DNA of 64,000 bases from Chiloscyllium plagiosum. Lineage: Eukaryota. Shown here in pieces: positions 12,351 through 22,969 of this stretch (its first letter is position 1; every line of letters starts with the position of its first letter). The notes below the pieces were generated by a model. The model worked only from the letters and a program-made list of their open reading frames with translations, had not been told where the DNA came from and did no database searches. Made by a program: the position numbers and the translations under genes. Location of the stretch: positions 29,823,100-29,887,099 of the forward strand of contig NC_057719.1 of assembly GCF_004010195.1 (NCBI RefSeq), read 5' to 3'.

Positions 12351-13106
12351 TGATGTCAGCTGATGTCATTACTGAACAAATCAGATCGCAGAAAAATATC
12401 TGACCTGATAGATGTATAAAAATCTATAGTTTATCTGGTGGTCATTTATTGAAAAATAGTGACCTGAGACTGCAGAGTTCCTTACATATCAGAACAGAAA
12501 TTAATTTCACAAAATACAAAAAATGAAAAATAAACTTAGAAATAGAACATCACGTTAAAAAAATCTTTAAACACCTTGCAAATCAAAATTTTAATCCATT
12601 CACCAACTTTGTCACTTTAAAATTGTCACTGTCATTTCAAATTCAGAAAAAAACGTTCTGTATCAGATCATGCAGCTGATTATCCTCTGTTCTTTTTTGT
12701 GAACTGTGAAGTCATCTTGCATGAATATTCACAAAACTGAGAGCTTAGATTTTCTAAACTTTTAATGACCTGAAGATCTCTAACCAAACATTCCTGGTCT
12801 GGAAGCTGCACAAAATAAACTTTTCTACTGAGGTAATAATGTACTCCATAAACTGAACTGGTCTACACACCTTTTATAGGACTGAAACTATATTTGCTTC
12901 TGACCTTGGTCAGGTCTTCTTTGAAATGCCTCAAAACATTTTTAATCTTTGGGTTTTCTAAGCTGAAATCAGTCCATGATTATCCTGAACCAAAAACAAG
13001 CTAATATCCCTCAAACTTTACCTCACTGTCCTAAACCATCACAATAAAAGTCTTCCATTAATATTCCGAGAGCTCCCTGTACTCTGACACATGTACTGGA
13101 TTAAGT

Positions 13107-13287
13107 TAAAAATCACACAACACCAGGTTATAGTCCAACAGGTTTAATTGGAAGCACACTAGCTTTTGGAGCGCCGCTCCTTCGTCAGACGGTGCTCCGA
13201 AAGCTAGAGTGCTTCCAATTAAACCTGTTGTTGTGTGATTTTTAGCTTTGTACACCCCAGTCCAACATCGGCATCTCCAAATCATGA
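13107..13287. mobile_element. PLE family 2 short fold-back insertion
   Basis: Inverted arms joined at the ribozyme motif; exact 14-bp TSD gtactggattaagt at 13093-13106 and 13288-13301. Confidence 0.8.
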
Positions 13288-13312
13288 GTACTGGATTAAG
13301 TCATTGTTCATC

Positions 13313-13457
13313 GAATCATAGAATCCCTACAATTTGGGAACAGGCCATTTGGCCCAATGGAGTCCACATCTCCGAAGAGCATCCCACTCAGACCCCTATC
13401 CTATGTCTGTAAACCTGCATTTCCTATGGCTAACCTGCACACCTTTGGACTGGAGGG
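13313..13457 (-). mobile_element. Partial HE1-like SINE (3' part)
   Basis: ggaacaggccatttggccca...agtccaca...cacctttggact matches the SINE tail on the minus strand. Confidence 0.6.
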
Positions 13458-14062
13458 ACTGTCTGACCTAGTTTTTATTTAAGCCCTTCAAAAACGTAAC
13501 CAAGCATATTTACCACTATTTTAAAATCCAAATTAACCACCTTTTAAGCACAAGTGGAAGAAACAGAGCTCCTGGGGAGAGATTAGAGAACATTACAGAG
13601 CTAGTTAGCAACAGGTATGCAATTTAAATTCAAGGATAAGAATCTTCTATTTGGGGTTCATTAACCAGAAGCCATGAAGTAGTAATATAGATAATAAGTG
13701 AATGGGACTTGATGCAGGGTACCATACAGGTATAACATTTTGTTAAGTGAACTGATATTTACAGAGAATGAAAGGTAGGAGGTTTAATCAAGAACTTTGA
13801 AATACTGTAGTTATGTTTGGAAGCGATAAAGGCCTGATGGACTTGTAGTGGGTGATTATACAGCTGAAATATCACAGCCTTTGTAGTGGGGAGAATATGG
13901 ACTCAAGATGGGCACATTATCAAACAAAACAATGAGATTATTAATAAATCTTGCTCAATGTGAGACAAAATTCCTGGAGTTTGAGTGGGCCGAAGATGAT
14001 GTCTTCGTTTTCTAGAAGGTATAATATGAGAAAATTATCCAAAACTGGCATTCACTATATTT

Positions 14063-14358
14063 GATTAGATTCCCTACAGTGTGGAAACAGGCCCTTTGGC
14101 TACACACCACCCCTCCAAAAAGAAACCCACGCAAACACATTCCCCTACCCTATATATACCCCTGACTAAGGCACTTAACACTGTGGGCAATTTAGCATGG
14201 CCAATTCACCTGACCTGCACATCTTTGGATTGTGGGAGGCAACCGGAGCACCAGAGCACTTGGAGAATATGCAAACTGCACAGTAACCCGAGGCTAGATT
14301 TGAACCTGGGAGCCTGGTGATGTGAGGCAGCAGTGCTAACTGCTGAGCCACCGTGCCG
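14063..14358 (-). mobile_element. HE1/V-SINE-like SINE
   Basis: Reverse complement of the 15427 and 33558 copies. Confidence 0.85.
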
Positions 14359-14509
14359 CTCCAGCATTGAGGTAGATCAAGATCAGTAGTAGAGAGGAAG
14401 AGCAGGGACTTGTGGAAGCTCATTTTATGTATTCTGATGGTGCCACCAAGCCTCAGTATTTAGATGAAATGAAGAGGCAGCTAAAGTCCCATAGATTTAA
14501 GTAGTGACA

Positions 14510-15870
14510 GAATTGTAGAATTGGTACAGTGACAAAGGAGGCTATTTGGCCCATTGTGCCTGCACTGGCTTATCAAAAAAGTGTGATTCCTTCATGCCAA
14601 TGTTCCACTTTCTTCCTATACCCTTGTACTCAGTTTCTACCTAAGTAATAATCCAGTGTACCCTTGAATGTGTCACTGGAACCTGCTTCCATATTTCAAG
14701 ACAGTGCATTTCAAACCCAACTACTCACCATTTAAACATTTATTTTTTTCTCATATCACCCTTGCTTTTTTGCACATCACTTTAATTGCTCATCACTGCA
14801 ATTCTTTTTGTACAGGTTCAAGCGGGAACAGCTTCCCTCTATCTACTGTATCCAGCCCACCTATCATTTGAAAGCAAATCTCTTCTCCGCTCAAAGGAGA
14901 ACAGTCCCAATTTGAATCTGTTCTCACATCTGAAATTTCTTATTCCTGGAACAATTCTTATTAAGCACTTCTATACAGTTTGCAGTGTAGTCACATCTTT
15001 CCTGTAATGTGGCACCCAGAACTGTACACAATACCCTGACTGAGGTCTACTAAGTGTCTTGTTCAAGTTTACGATCACCTCCTTGCTCTTGTACTCTCTG
15101 CCCCTATTGAGAAAGCCAAGAGCACTGTATGCTTTATTAACTACTTTCTCTATCTGTCCTACCACCTTAAATGATTTGTGCACATAAATACCCAGGCCCC
15201 TCTGCTCCTGCATTATCTTTAGAAGTTATTTCAGCTGTCAATGTTTTTTTGACCAAAGTGCATCACCTCACATTTGTCTGCATTGAACCTCTACTGCCAA
15301 CTAATTGCCCATTCCACCATCTTGTCAATGTTCTTTTCAAATTACGCTCTACTCTCTTCACAATTCCAAGTTTCATGTCATCTGCAAATTTTGAAATTGT
15401 CCCCTGCACATCAAGATCCAGATTGTGGGCGGCACGGTGGCACAGTGCTGCTTCACAGCGCCTGCGACCCGGGTTCAATTCCCGCCTCAGTCGACTCTCT
15501 GTGTGGAGTTTGCACATTCTCTCTGTGTCTGCATGGGTTTCCTCCGGGTGCTCCGGTTTCCTCTCACAATCCAAAAATGTGCAGGTTAGGTGAATTAGCC
15601 ATACTAAATTGCCCGTAGTGTTTGGTGAAGGGGTAAATGTAGGCGAATGGGTCTGGGTGGGTTACGCTTCGGCGGGTCGGTGTGGACTTGTTGGGCTGAA
15701 GGGCCTGTTTCCACACTGTAATTAATCTAATCTAATCTAATCTAATCTAATCTAATCTAATCTAATCTAATCTAATCTAATCTAATCTAATCTAATCTAA
15801 TCTAATCTAATCATTAATAAGTGTTAGGAAAAGCTAGGGTCCCATTACTGACCTATGGAATTCCACTACA
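14510..15870 (-). mobile_element. CR1 LINE 3' fragment interrupted by a SINE
   Basis: ORF 14971-15213 (LSRPQSGYCVQFWVPHYRKD) and TISKFADDMKLG; sequence resumes after the SINE tail at 15813. Confidence 0.8.
15427..15812 (+). mobile_element. Young HE1/V-SINE-like SINE with long (TAATC)n tail
   Basis: gggcggcacggtggcacagt head, gggttcaattccc B box, perfect TAATC array 15722-15812. Confidence 0.9.
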
Positions 15871-15874
15871 CTCC

Positions 15875-16582
15875 TTCATCCTGCCCCTTCCCATCACTCA
15901 CAGCAGTGTAATCAGGTTACCTTTGACCTCTCTTTTCATCCCCACCAGCCTTCACATTCAAAGAAGCATTAAACAGCTCCAGCAACAAACACATCCAACA
16001 TACCAGAGTCCATTCCACAACCACCAACACGACCCCCTTCCTTTATGGCATCTTCCATGTAACCACAGAGGGTGCAAAACCTGCCCCTTTACCACTTCCC
16101 TGTTCACCATCCAAAGGTGTAAACAGTTTTTCCACGTGAAGCAGCATTTCACCTGTACCTCCTCCAATCTTGTGTATTGTATTTGCTGCACCCAGTGTGG
16201 CCTACTCTACATTGCAGAAACCAAATGCAGACTGGTTGACTACTTTGCGGATCACCTCGTGTGCAAGCATGACCCCGACCTTTCCGTAGCTGGTCATTTT
16301 AACACAGCGTCCTGCTCATATGCCACTGTGTTTATCCTCGGCCTGCTGCAGTGTTGCAGTGAATCACACTGCAAAATGGAGGAACAACATCTCATCTTAA
16401 GACTAGGCACTTTACAGGCTTTGGACTTAATATTGAGTTCAACACCTTCAAATTGTGAACCAACTCCCACTTCTTCCCTTTCTTTCAGCTTGTTACAGTG
16501 TGTTTTCGTGTCTTCTCTCCCCTCCCTCCATCCCAGTGGGACTGTCTGTCCTTTCAAATCTGGCAGGAGACACACCATTGTT
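15875..16582 (+). mobile_element. PLE family 3 fragment (decayed GIY-YIG), split by a CR1 insertion; continues at ~20781-21000
   Basis: HFTCTSSNLVYCICCTQCGLLYIAETK and EEQHLILRLGTLQ are homologous to 24714-25064. Confidence 0.8.
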
Positions 16583-18696
16583 AGAACATAGAATATAGAA
16601 AAGTACAGCACGGAACAGGCCCTTCGGCCCATGGTGTTGGGCTGAGGATTTTTCCTAATCTAAAATAAAATAACCTAACCTATGCACCCCCTCAATTCAC
16701 TGCTGTCCGTGTGCCTGTCCAGCAGTTGCTTAAATGTCCCTAATGACACTGTTTCCACCACCACCGCTAGCAACACATTCCGTGCATTCACAACTCTCTG
16801 CGTAAAGAACCTACCTCTGACGTCTCTTCTATAGCTTCCTCCTAACCTTAAAACTATGACCCCTGTGTCAGTCAATCCTGCCCTGGGGAAAAATATCTGG
16901 CCATCGACTCAATCCATGCCTCTCTTTACCTTGTACACCTTGATCAGGTCACCTCTCTCTCTCCTTCTCTCCAGAGAGAAAAGTCCAAGATTAGTTAACC
17001 TCCCTCTTCATAAAACAAGCCTTCCATTCTAGGCAGCATTCTGCTAAACCTTCTTTATACCCTTTCCAAAGCCTCTGTATTTTTTCTATAATAGGGTGAA
17101 CAGAACTGGACATAGTATTCCAAGTGTGGTCTCACCAGGGTTTTGTAGAGCTGCAGCAAAACCTCGCAGCTCTTAAACTCGATCCCCCTGTTAATGAAAG
17201 CCAAAACATCATATGCTTTCTTAACAACCCTATCCACTTGGGTGGCAACTTTGAGGAATCTGTGCACTTGAACACTGTTCCTCCACACTGCCTAGAATCT
17301 TGCTCTGATCCTATATTCAGCATTCAAGTTCGACCTTCCTAAAATACATCACTTCGCATTTATCCAGGTTGAACTCCATCTACCATTTCTCAGCCCAGCT
17401 CTGCATCCTGTCTATGCTGCGCTGCAGCCTGCAATAGCCCTTGATACAATCAACGTACCTCCAATCTTTGTGTCATTGGCAAATTTACTAACTCACCCTT
17501 CAACCTCATCATCCAAGTCATTTATAAAAACTACGAAGAGCAGAGGCCGAAGAACAGAGCCCTGCGGGACACTACTCACCACTAACCTCCAGGCAGAATG
17601 CTTTCCATCTACAATCACTCTCTGCCTTCTTTCAGCCAACCAATTCTGAATCCAGATAGCCAAATCTCCCTGTATCCCATACCTCCTGACTTTGAATGTG
17701 CCTACCATGGGGAAACTTATCAAATGCCTTGCTGAAGTCCATGTACACCACATCCAATGCTCTCCCTTCATCGACCTGTCTCATCGGCTCCACAAAGAAC
17801 TCAATAAGATTTGTGAGGCACAACCTGCCCCTCACAAAGTCATGCTGATTGTCTTTAATCACACTGTGCTTTTCCAAATAGTCATAAATCCTATCGCTCA
17901 GAATTCCTTCCAAAATCTTGCTGACCACAAACGTAAGACTGACTGGTCTGCAATTGCCAGGGTTTTATGTATTACCCTTCTTAAAAAGAGGAACAACATT
18001 CACCTCCTTCCAATCCTCCGGTACAACTCCCGTGGAGAGTGAGGAAACAAAGATCTTCGCCAGCAGCTTAGCAACCTCCTTGCTTCCTGGAGCAACCTAG
18101 GATAAATCTGGTCTGGCCCTGGGGAACTTATCAATCTAAATGATGTGCCAAATTTCCAGCACGTTTCAACTTCACCTATCTTGATCTGTTCAAACCTATT
18201 TCCCAGCTCCTCAAAGTCCTCATTCACAACAAGGTCCCTTTCCTTAGTGAAAACTGAAGCAAAATCCTCATTTACAGCTTCTCCTCTCTGCTCAGACTCC
18301 ATGCACAAATTCCCTATGCTATCCCTGACCGACCCTACCTTCTCCCTGATCATTCTCTTATTCCTCATGTATGATTAAAATGCCTTTGGGTTCTCCCTAA
18401 TCCTTCTTGCCAAGCCTTTTTCGTACCCCCTCCTGGCTCTCTTCAGTCCATTTCTGAGCTCCTTCCTAGCAAGCCTGTAAAGCTGTGGTAGATCCTTGCT
18501 TCCTCCACCTTACGTAAGCTGTTCTCATTTTCCAAGGCTCCTTAATCTTTCCCTTTCTTGCCTGTCTGAGAGGAACAAATTTGTGCATCACTCGCAACAA
18601 CTGCTCCTTAAACAGTCTCCACATTTGTGCCCTTTCTGTCGAATAATTACTCCCAATCTGTACTTCCCAACTCCTGTCTGATATTGTCATAATTTC

Positions 18697-18819
18697 GAGG
18701 AGAAAGTCTGCAGATGCTGGAGATCAGAGCTGAAAATGTGTTGCTGGAACAGCGCAGCAGGTCAGGCAGCATCCAGGGAACAGGAGAATCGACGTTTCGG
18801 GCATAAGCCCTTCTTCAGG
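18697..18819 (-). mobile_element. Short PLE family 1 insertion within CR1 ORF2
   Basis: Exact 14-bp TSD attgtcataatttc at 18683-18696 and 18820-18833. Confidence 0.85.
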
Positions 18820-18822
18820 ATT
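18787..18822 (-). ncRNA. Minimal hammerhead motif (PLE family 1), intact core
   Basis: Minus strand reads AATC-CTGAAGA-A-GGGC-TTAT-GCCC-GAAA-C-GTC-GATT. Confidence 0.7.
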
Positions 18823-20907
18823 GTCATAATTTCCTTTTCCCCAATTCAATATCTTTCCATGGTAACTGCTCCTTTCCCTCTCCACGACTGTGGTAAATGT
18901 GAGGCAGTTATGATTACTGTCACCAAAGTGTTCTCCCACTGCGTGATCTGACACCTCTCCTGGCTCATTGCCAAGCACAAAATCCAAAATGGGCTTTCCC
19001 CTCGTTGGCCTGTCTACATACTGCGTAAGGAGACCCTCCTGAACACGCCTGGCAAAAACTGCTCCACCCAAACCATCTGCGCGAAGGAGGTTCCAGTCAA
19101 TATTGGGAAAGTTGAAGTCACCCCTAACAGCAACCCTGCAAAATCTGCTGGCCTACAAGTTCTTAGATCTCCCTACGGCTATTAGGGGTCTGTAGAAAAC
19201 CCCTGATGAGATGGCTGCCTCATTGCTGTTCCTAACTTCCACCGGTACTGACTCAGTAGAAAAATCTTCCTTGACAGCCTTCATTTCTGTAGCTGTGATG
19301 CACTCTAAATCCTGGAACATCTAGCAATCGTTCCTGCCCCTGTGAAACCCATGTCTCTGTTATGGCCACAACATCATAGTCCCAAGTACAGATCCATGCT
19401 CTAAGTTCATCACTCTTTTATGTCTGAAACTCCTTGCGTTAAAGCAGACACATTTTAACCGATCCCTTTGCTTCATCACTTGAAAAACCTTCCCAATACA
19501 TTCACTACATCCTGTCACTGCCCCGTCGACAACTACACCCTCCCGCATACGTGTAGTTCGGTTTCCCACCCCCTGCCAAACTAGTTTAAACCCTCCCAAA
19601 CCACACGAGCAAATCTCCCACCCAGGACATTTGTGCCTTCCAGTTCAGGTGCAACCCGTCCTTCATGTACAGATCCCACCTTCCCCAGAAGGCATCCCAG
19701 TGGTCTAAGTATCTGGAGCGCTCCCTCCTACACCAGCCTCGTGTTAAGCTGCCTTCGCTGACTGTTCCTCACCCCACTATCATGTGGCACTGGTAGCAAA
19801 CCTGAGATCACTACTCTACTCATCTTGCTCTTCAGCTTCCAACCTAGCTGTCTGTAGTCACGTTTCAGATCCACAATCCCTTTCCTGTCTATATCATTGG
19901 TGCCAAAATGTACCATGATTTCTGGCTGCTCACCCTCCCCCTTCAGAATGCTGTAAACCTGATTGGCAGTATCCCGGACCCTGGCACCGGGGAGGCAACA
20001 TGCCTTCCGGGAGTCCCGTTCCTAACCACAAATTCTCCTGTCAATTCGTCTAACTATTGAGTCCCCTACTACTAGCGCTTTTCTATTCTCCCCACTTCCT
20101 TTCTGAGCAACAGTGCCAGAGACCTGACAACTATGGCTTTCCCCAGTAGTATCCAAAATGGTATACTTATTGCTGAGGGGAACAGCCACAGAGGATCCCT
20201 GTTCTGTCTGCCGGTTCCCTTTCCTCCCCTTGACTGTAACCCAGCTGGCCTAATCGTGTGTCTGAGGGGTGACCACCTCTCTGTACATCCTCTCAATTTC
20301 CCCCTCAGCCTCCCAGATGATCTCCAGTTTGTCTAGCTCAACTCCAGTTCCCTAACTTGGTTTTCAGGGAGCTGGAATTGGGTGCACTTGCCACAGATGT
20401 AGCCAGTGGAGACATGTGCACATTCTGCAGGAGGAACATGCAACTGCCCTATTAGCCATAGCCCGATAATCTGAAAGCACACACAGGACTAAACAAGGAA
20501 GAGAAGGAAAGAAATAGAAATGAAAACCTGTAAACTTACCAAGTTTACAGACTCGTAAGTTAGAGGAGGTGTGTGGGAGGGAGGTCCTGCGATGTAGGGT
20601 TCAGGTTTAGATCTCACCCACTTAAACTTCCTGGCAGCCCTCGCTTCTCTCCGCCCTCTCTCCTCGCCGCTCTGTTCAAAATGGAGGCCCAACTCCCAAG
20701 GTAAGTCCCTTTCCAAGTGGGAAAAGCTGACCCACCTAGCAGCCCTCGCTTCTGTCTACCCTCTCTCCTCGTAGCTCTGTTCTGCTATTCTTCCGTTCCA
20801 ATCCCTTAATATGAACTATCAACCTCTTTTCTCCACCAGTACTCTACCCATACAGCCTTCCCACCCCTAAGCATAGCATAAATGCTGTCCCCTCCACACT
20901 TTATTTC

Positions 20908-20946
20908 AGCTCTGATGAAGAGTCATTTAGATTCGAAATGTTAGCT
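20908..20946 (+). ncRNA. Minimal hammerhead motif (PLE family 3)
   Basis: AGCT-CTGATGA-A-GAGTC-attta-GATTC-GAAA-T-GTT-AGCT; 4-bp stem I, 5-bp stem II with one G-U pair. Confidence 0.6.
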
Positions 20947-22029
20947 TGCTCTGTCTTGCCATGGATGTTGTCTGACCCGCTGTGATCTTCAGCATTTGTT
21001 GATTTCGATACAGGTTGGTAAGTTGATTTCATGCATTTGAGAATAGAAGTAAGCCAGTGCAGATGCTATATGAACAGAAAGGCCATAACCGGATAGTTCT
21101 GCAAACATCATAACTAAATAAAATAAGTTTTCCACAATGATTTTTAATATAGAAATGGTTTTACAGGGGCTTGACAGTCATACACAATGTAACTATTTTC
21201 TGGCACAGGATGAATTGCTCATCATTTTAATGTTCATCAAGTTGAACAATTTTAAAATCAGAGTGTGGAGAATAGATTTCCAGACCAAAGAGAATATTGA
21301 AAAGTTTGTTATAGCCGAACCCAGGAATTATTGGAGGAATCAATGAGAAAAATGAGCTTGAAATTCAGTTTGATTTGGATTGAAAAAATAGTGACTATAG
21401 AATCTTTACCTAACCATTTATTAGGGTGAAAAATGTAGGTTTTTATATGGAAATAAATCTTTAAGGGGTACAGTATGTAATGTGCTAACAAAAATTAAGA
21501 TGTGTGCACATTTATAATACATAAATCTAAAGGGGGGGGGCAATCAAGCTTATGAAGAAGAATTAATATGAAGCAGTAAAATTAATTATGCACTAAACAT
21601 TGTCTGAAAGTGAATAAACCAAGTGATTAACTTGCTGGACTTGTAAACACTGTAGGTATGACTAAAATTAATAATTCTGGTGTGCTGTGAGATTACAAAC
21701 TGTAAACAGGCATCATTGTAGAACCGAAAGAAGTGGGGCTTGATTTTAAATAGCCCTTTTGCAAGGTGGCATTGTTTTTAAACCTAAACAAAAATAGAAG
21801 TTGCTAGAAAAGTTCAGCAGGTCTGGCAGCATCTGTGGAGAGCAATCAAAGTTAATGTTTTGGGTCTCGTGACCCTTCCTCTGTTCTGATTCATAATATC
21901 TGCTGTTCTTTCGGTTTTTGGTTTGATACTCGTAAGGTAAGCAAATATTAGATCAAGTGAAAATAGCTTTTATAAATAAATCTGTGGGACAGAGAGGGGA
22001 AATGACTCGACTGAAGTATTGAGGCTGCT

Positions 22030-22968
22030 TTGCTGTTCAGTGAGATCAGGGCTGAAATGATTATCTGGCACTTTCCTGCCTTTTCCCTATAACTCTTGAC
22101 TCCCATACTGATCAAAATCTATCTCATTCTTGAATATATTTAACGATCCAGGCTCTACAGTTGTCTGCAGATTCATCATTCTCTGAGAGAAGAAACTCTC
22201 CCTCATCTCTGTCATAAATGGGTAACTTCTTATTCTGACCTTATGCTCTGTGGACCCAGATTGTCTCGCAACAAGAAAGAACCTTAATCTACCCTGTGAA
22301 GTACTCTAAAAATCTTATATGTTTCATTAAGGTCACTTCTTGTTCTTCTAAATGCCAATCAGTACAGGCCCAACCTGTCAATCTCTCCTCATAAGACAGC
22401 ACCTTCATATCTAGAATCAACCTAGTGAACTTTCTCCAGACTGTGTCCAATGCCAGTATACTTTTTCTTATGTAGAGGGACCACAACTGTTCACAATATT
22501 CCAGATGTGGTCTCACTAGTACTTTGTATAGTTTGAGCTAAACCTCCCTATTTTATACTCCATTCCCTTTCAAATAAAAATGAACATTTCTTTTGCCTGC
22601 CTTATTACCTGCTGAACTGGGATGGTAGCTTTTTTTGTGATTTATGTAAAAGGATTCCTAAATCCCTCTGTGTTGTAATGTTATGCCATGTTCCTCCATT
22701 TAAATAATATTCAGCTCTGCTTTCCTTCCTGTCAAAGTGTATAACCTCATATTTTCTCAGATTGTATTCCATCTGCCATGTTTTTACCCATTCACTATAT
22801 TCTTCTGGAGGCTCCTTGTGCCATTTTATCACTTGTCTTCCCACCTATTTTTGTGTAATCCACAAACATTCACTTTCCTCATCCAAGTTATTAATATATA
22901 TTGCAAATAATAGTGGCTCCAGTACTGATCCCTGTGGCAGATGTTAGTTATAGGTTGCCATCCTTTAA
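22030..22968 (-). mobile_element. CR1 LINE fragment interrupted by a PLE; resumes at ~25395-25540
   Basis: RPHLEYCEQLWSLY, WVKTWQMEYN and PQGSVLEP motifs. Confidence 0.8.
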
Positions 22969-22969
22969 A

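Larger units (their letters stand above)
16583..20782 (-). mobile_element. Near full-length CR1 LINE (5'UTR, ORF1 zinc-finger/esterase, ORF2 APE-RT), inactivated by frameshifts and stops
   Basis: ORF1 ATG at 20459 (MANRAVACSSC), VHFGTNDI and VVISGLLPVP. ORF2 LKCVCFNARS, FGDSNH, VVYMDFSKAFDK, VPQGSVLRPLLF. 3' tail ttctatattctatgttct; tandem repeat in 5'UTR at 20635-20677 and 20740-20782. Confidence 0.92.

Noticed and set aside
15722..15812. (TAATC)n array as telomeric or CRISPR-like repeat
   Set aside because: No spacers and not TTAGGG; it is the SINE 3' tail seen on several copies.
21800..21890. Additional hammerhead-like remnants (also ~8510-8545 and ~41000-41035, minus strand)
   Set aside because: A stem II-like hairpin is visible but both core boxes are mutated, so they are not called as ribozymes.
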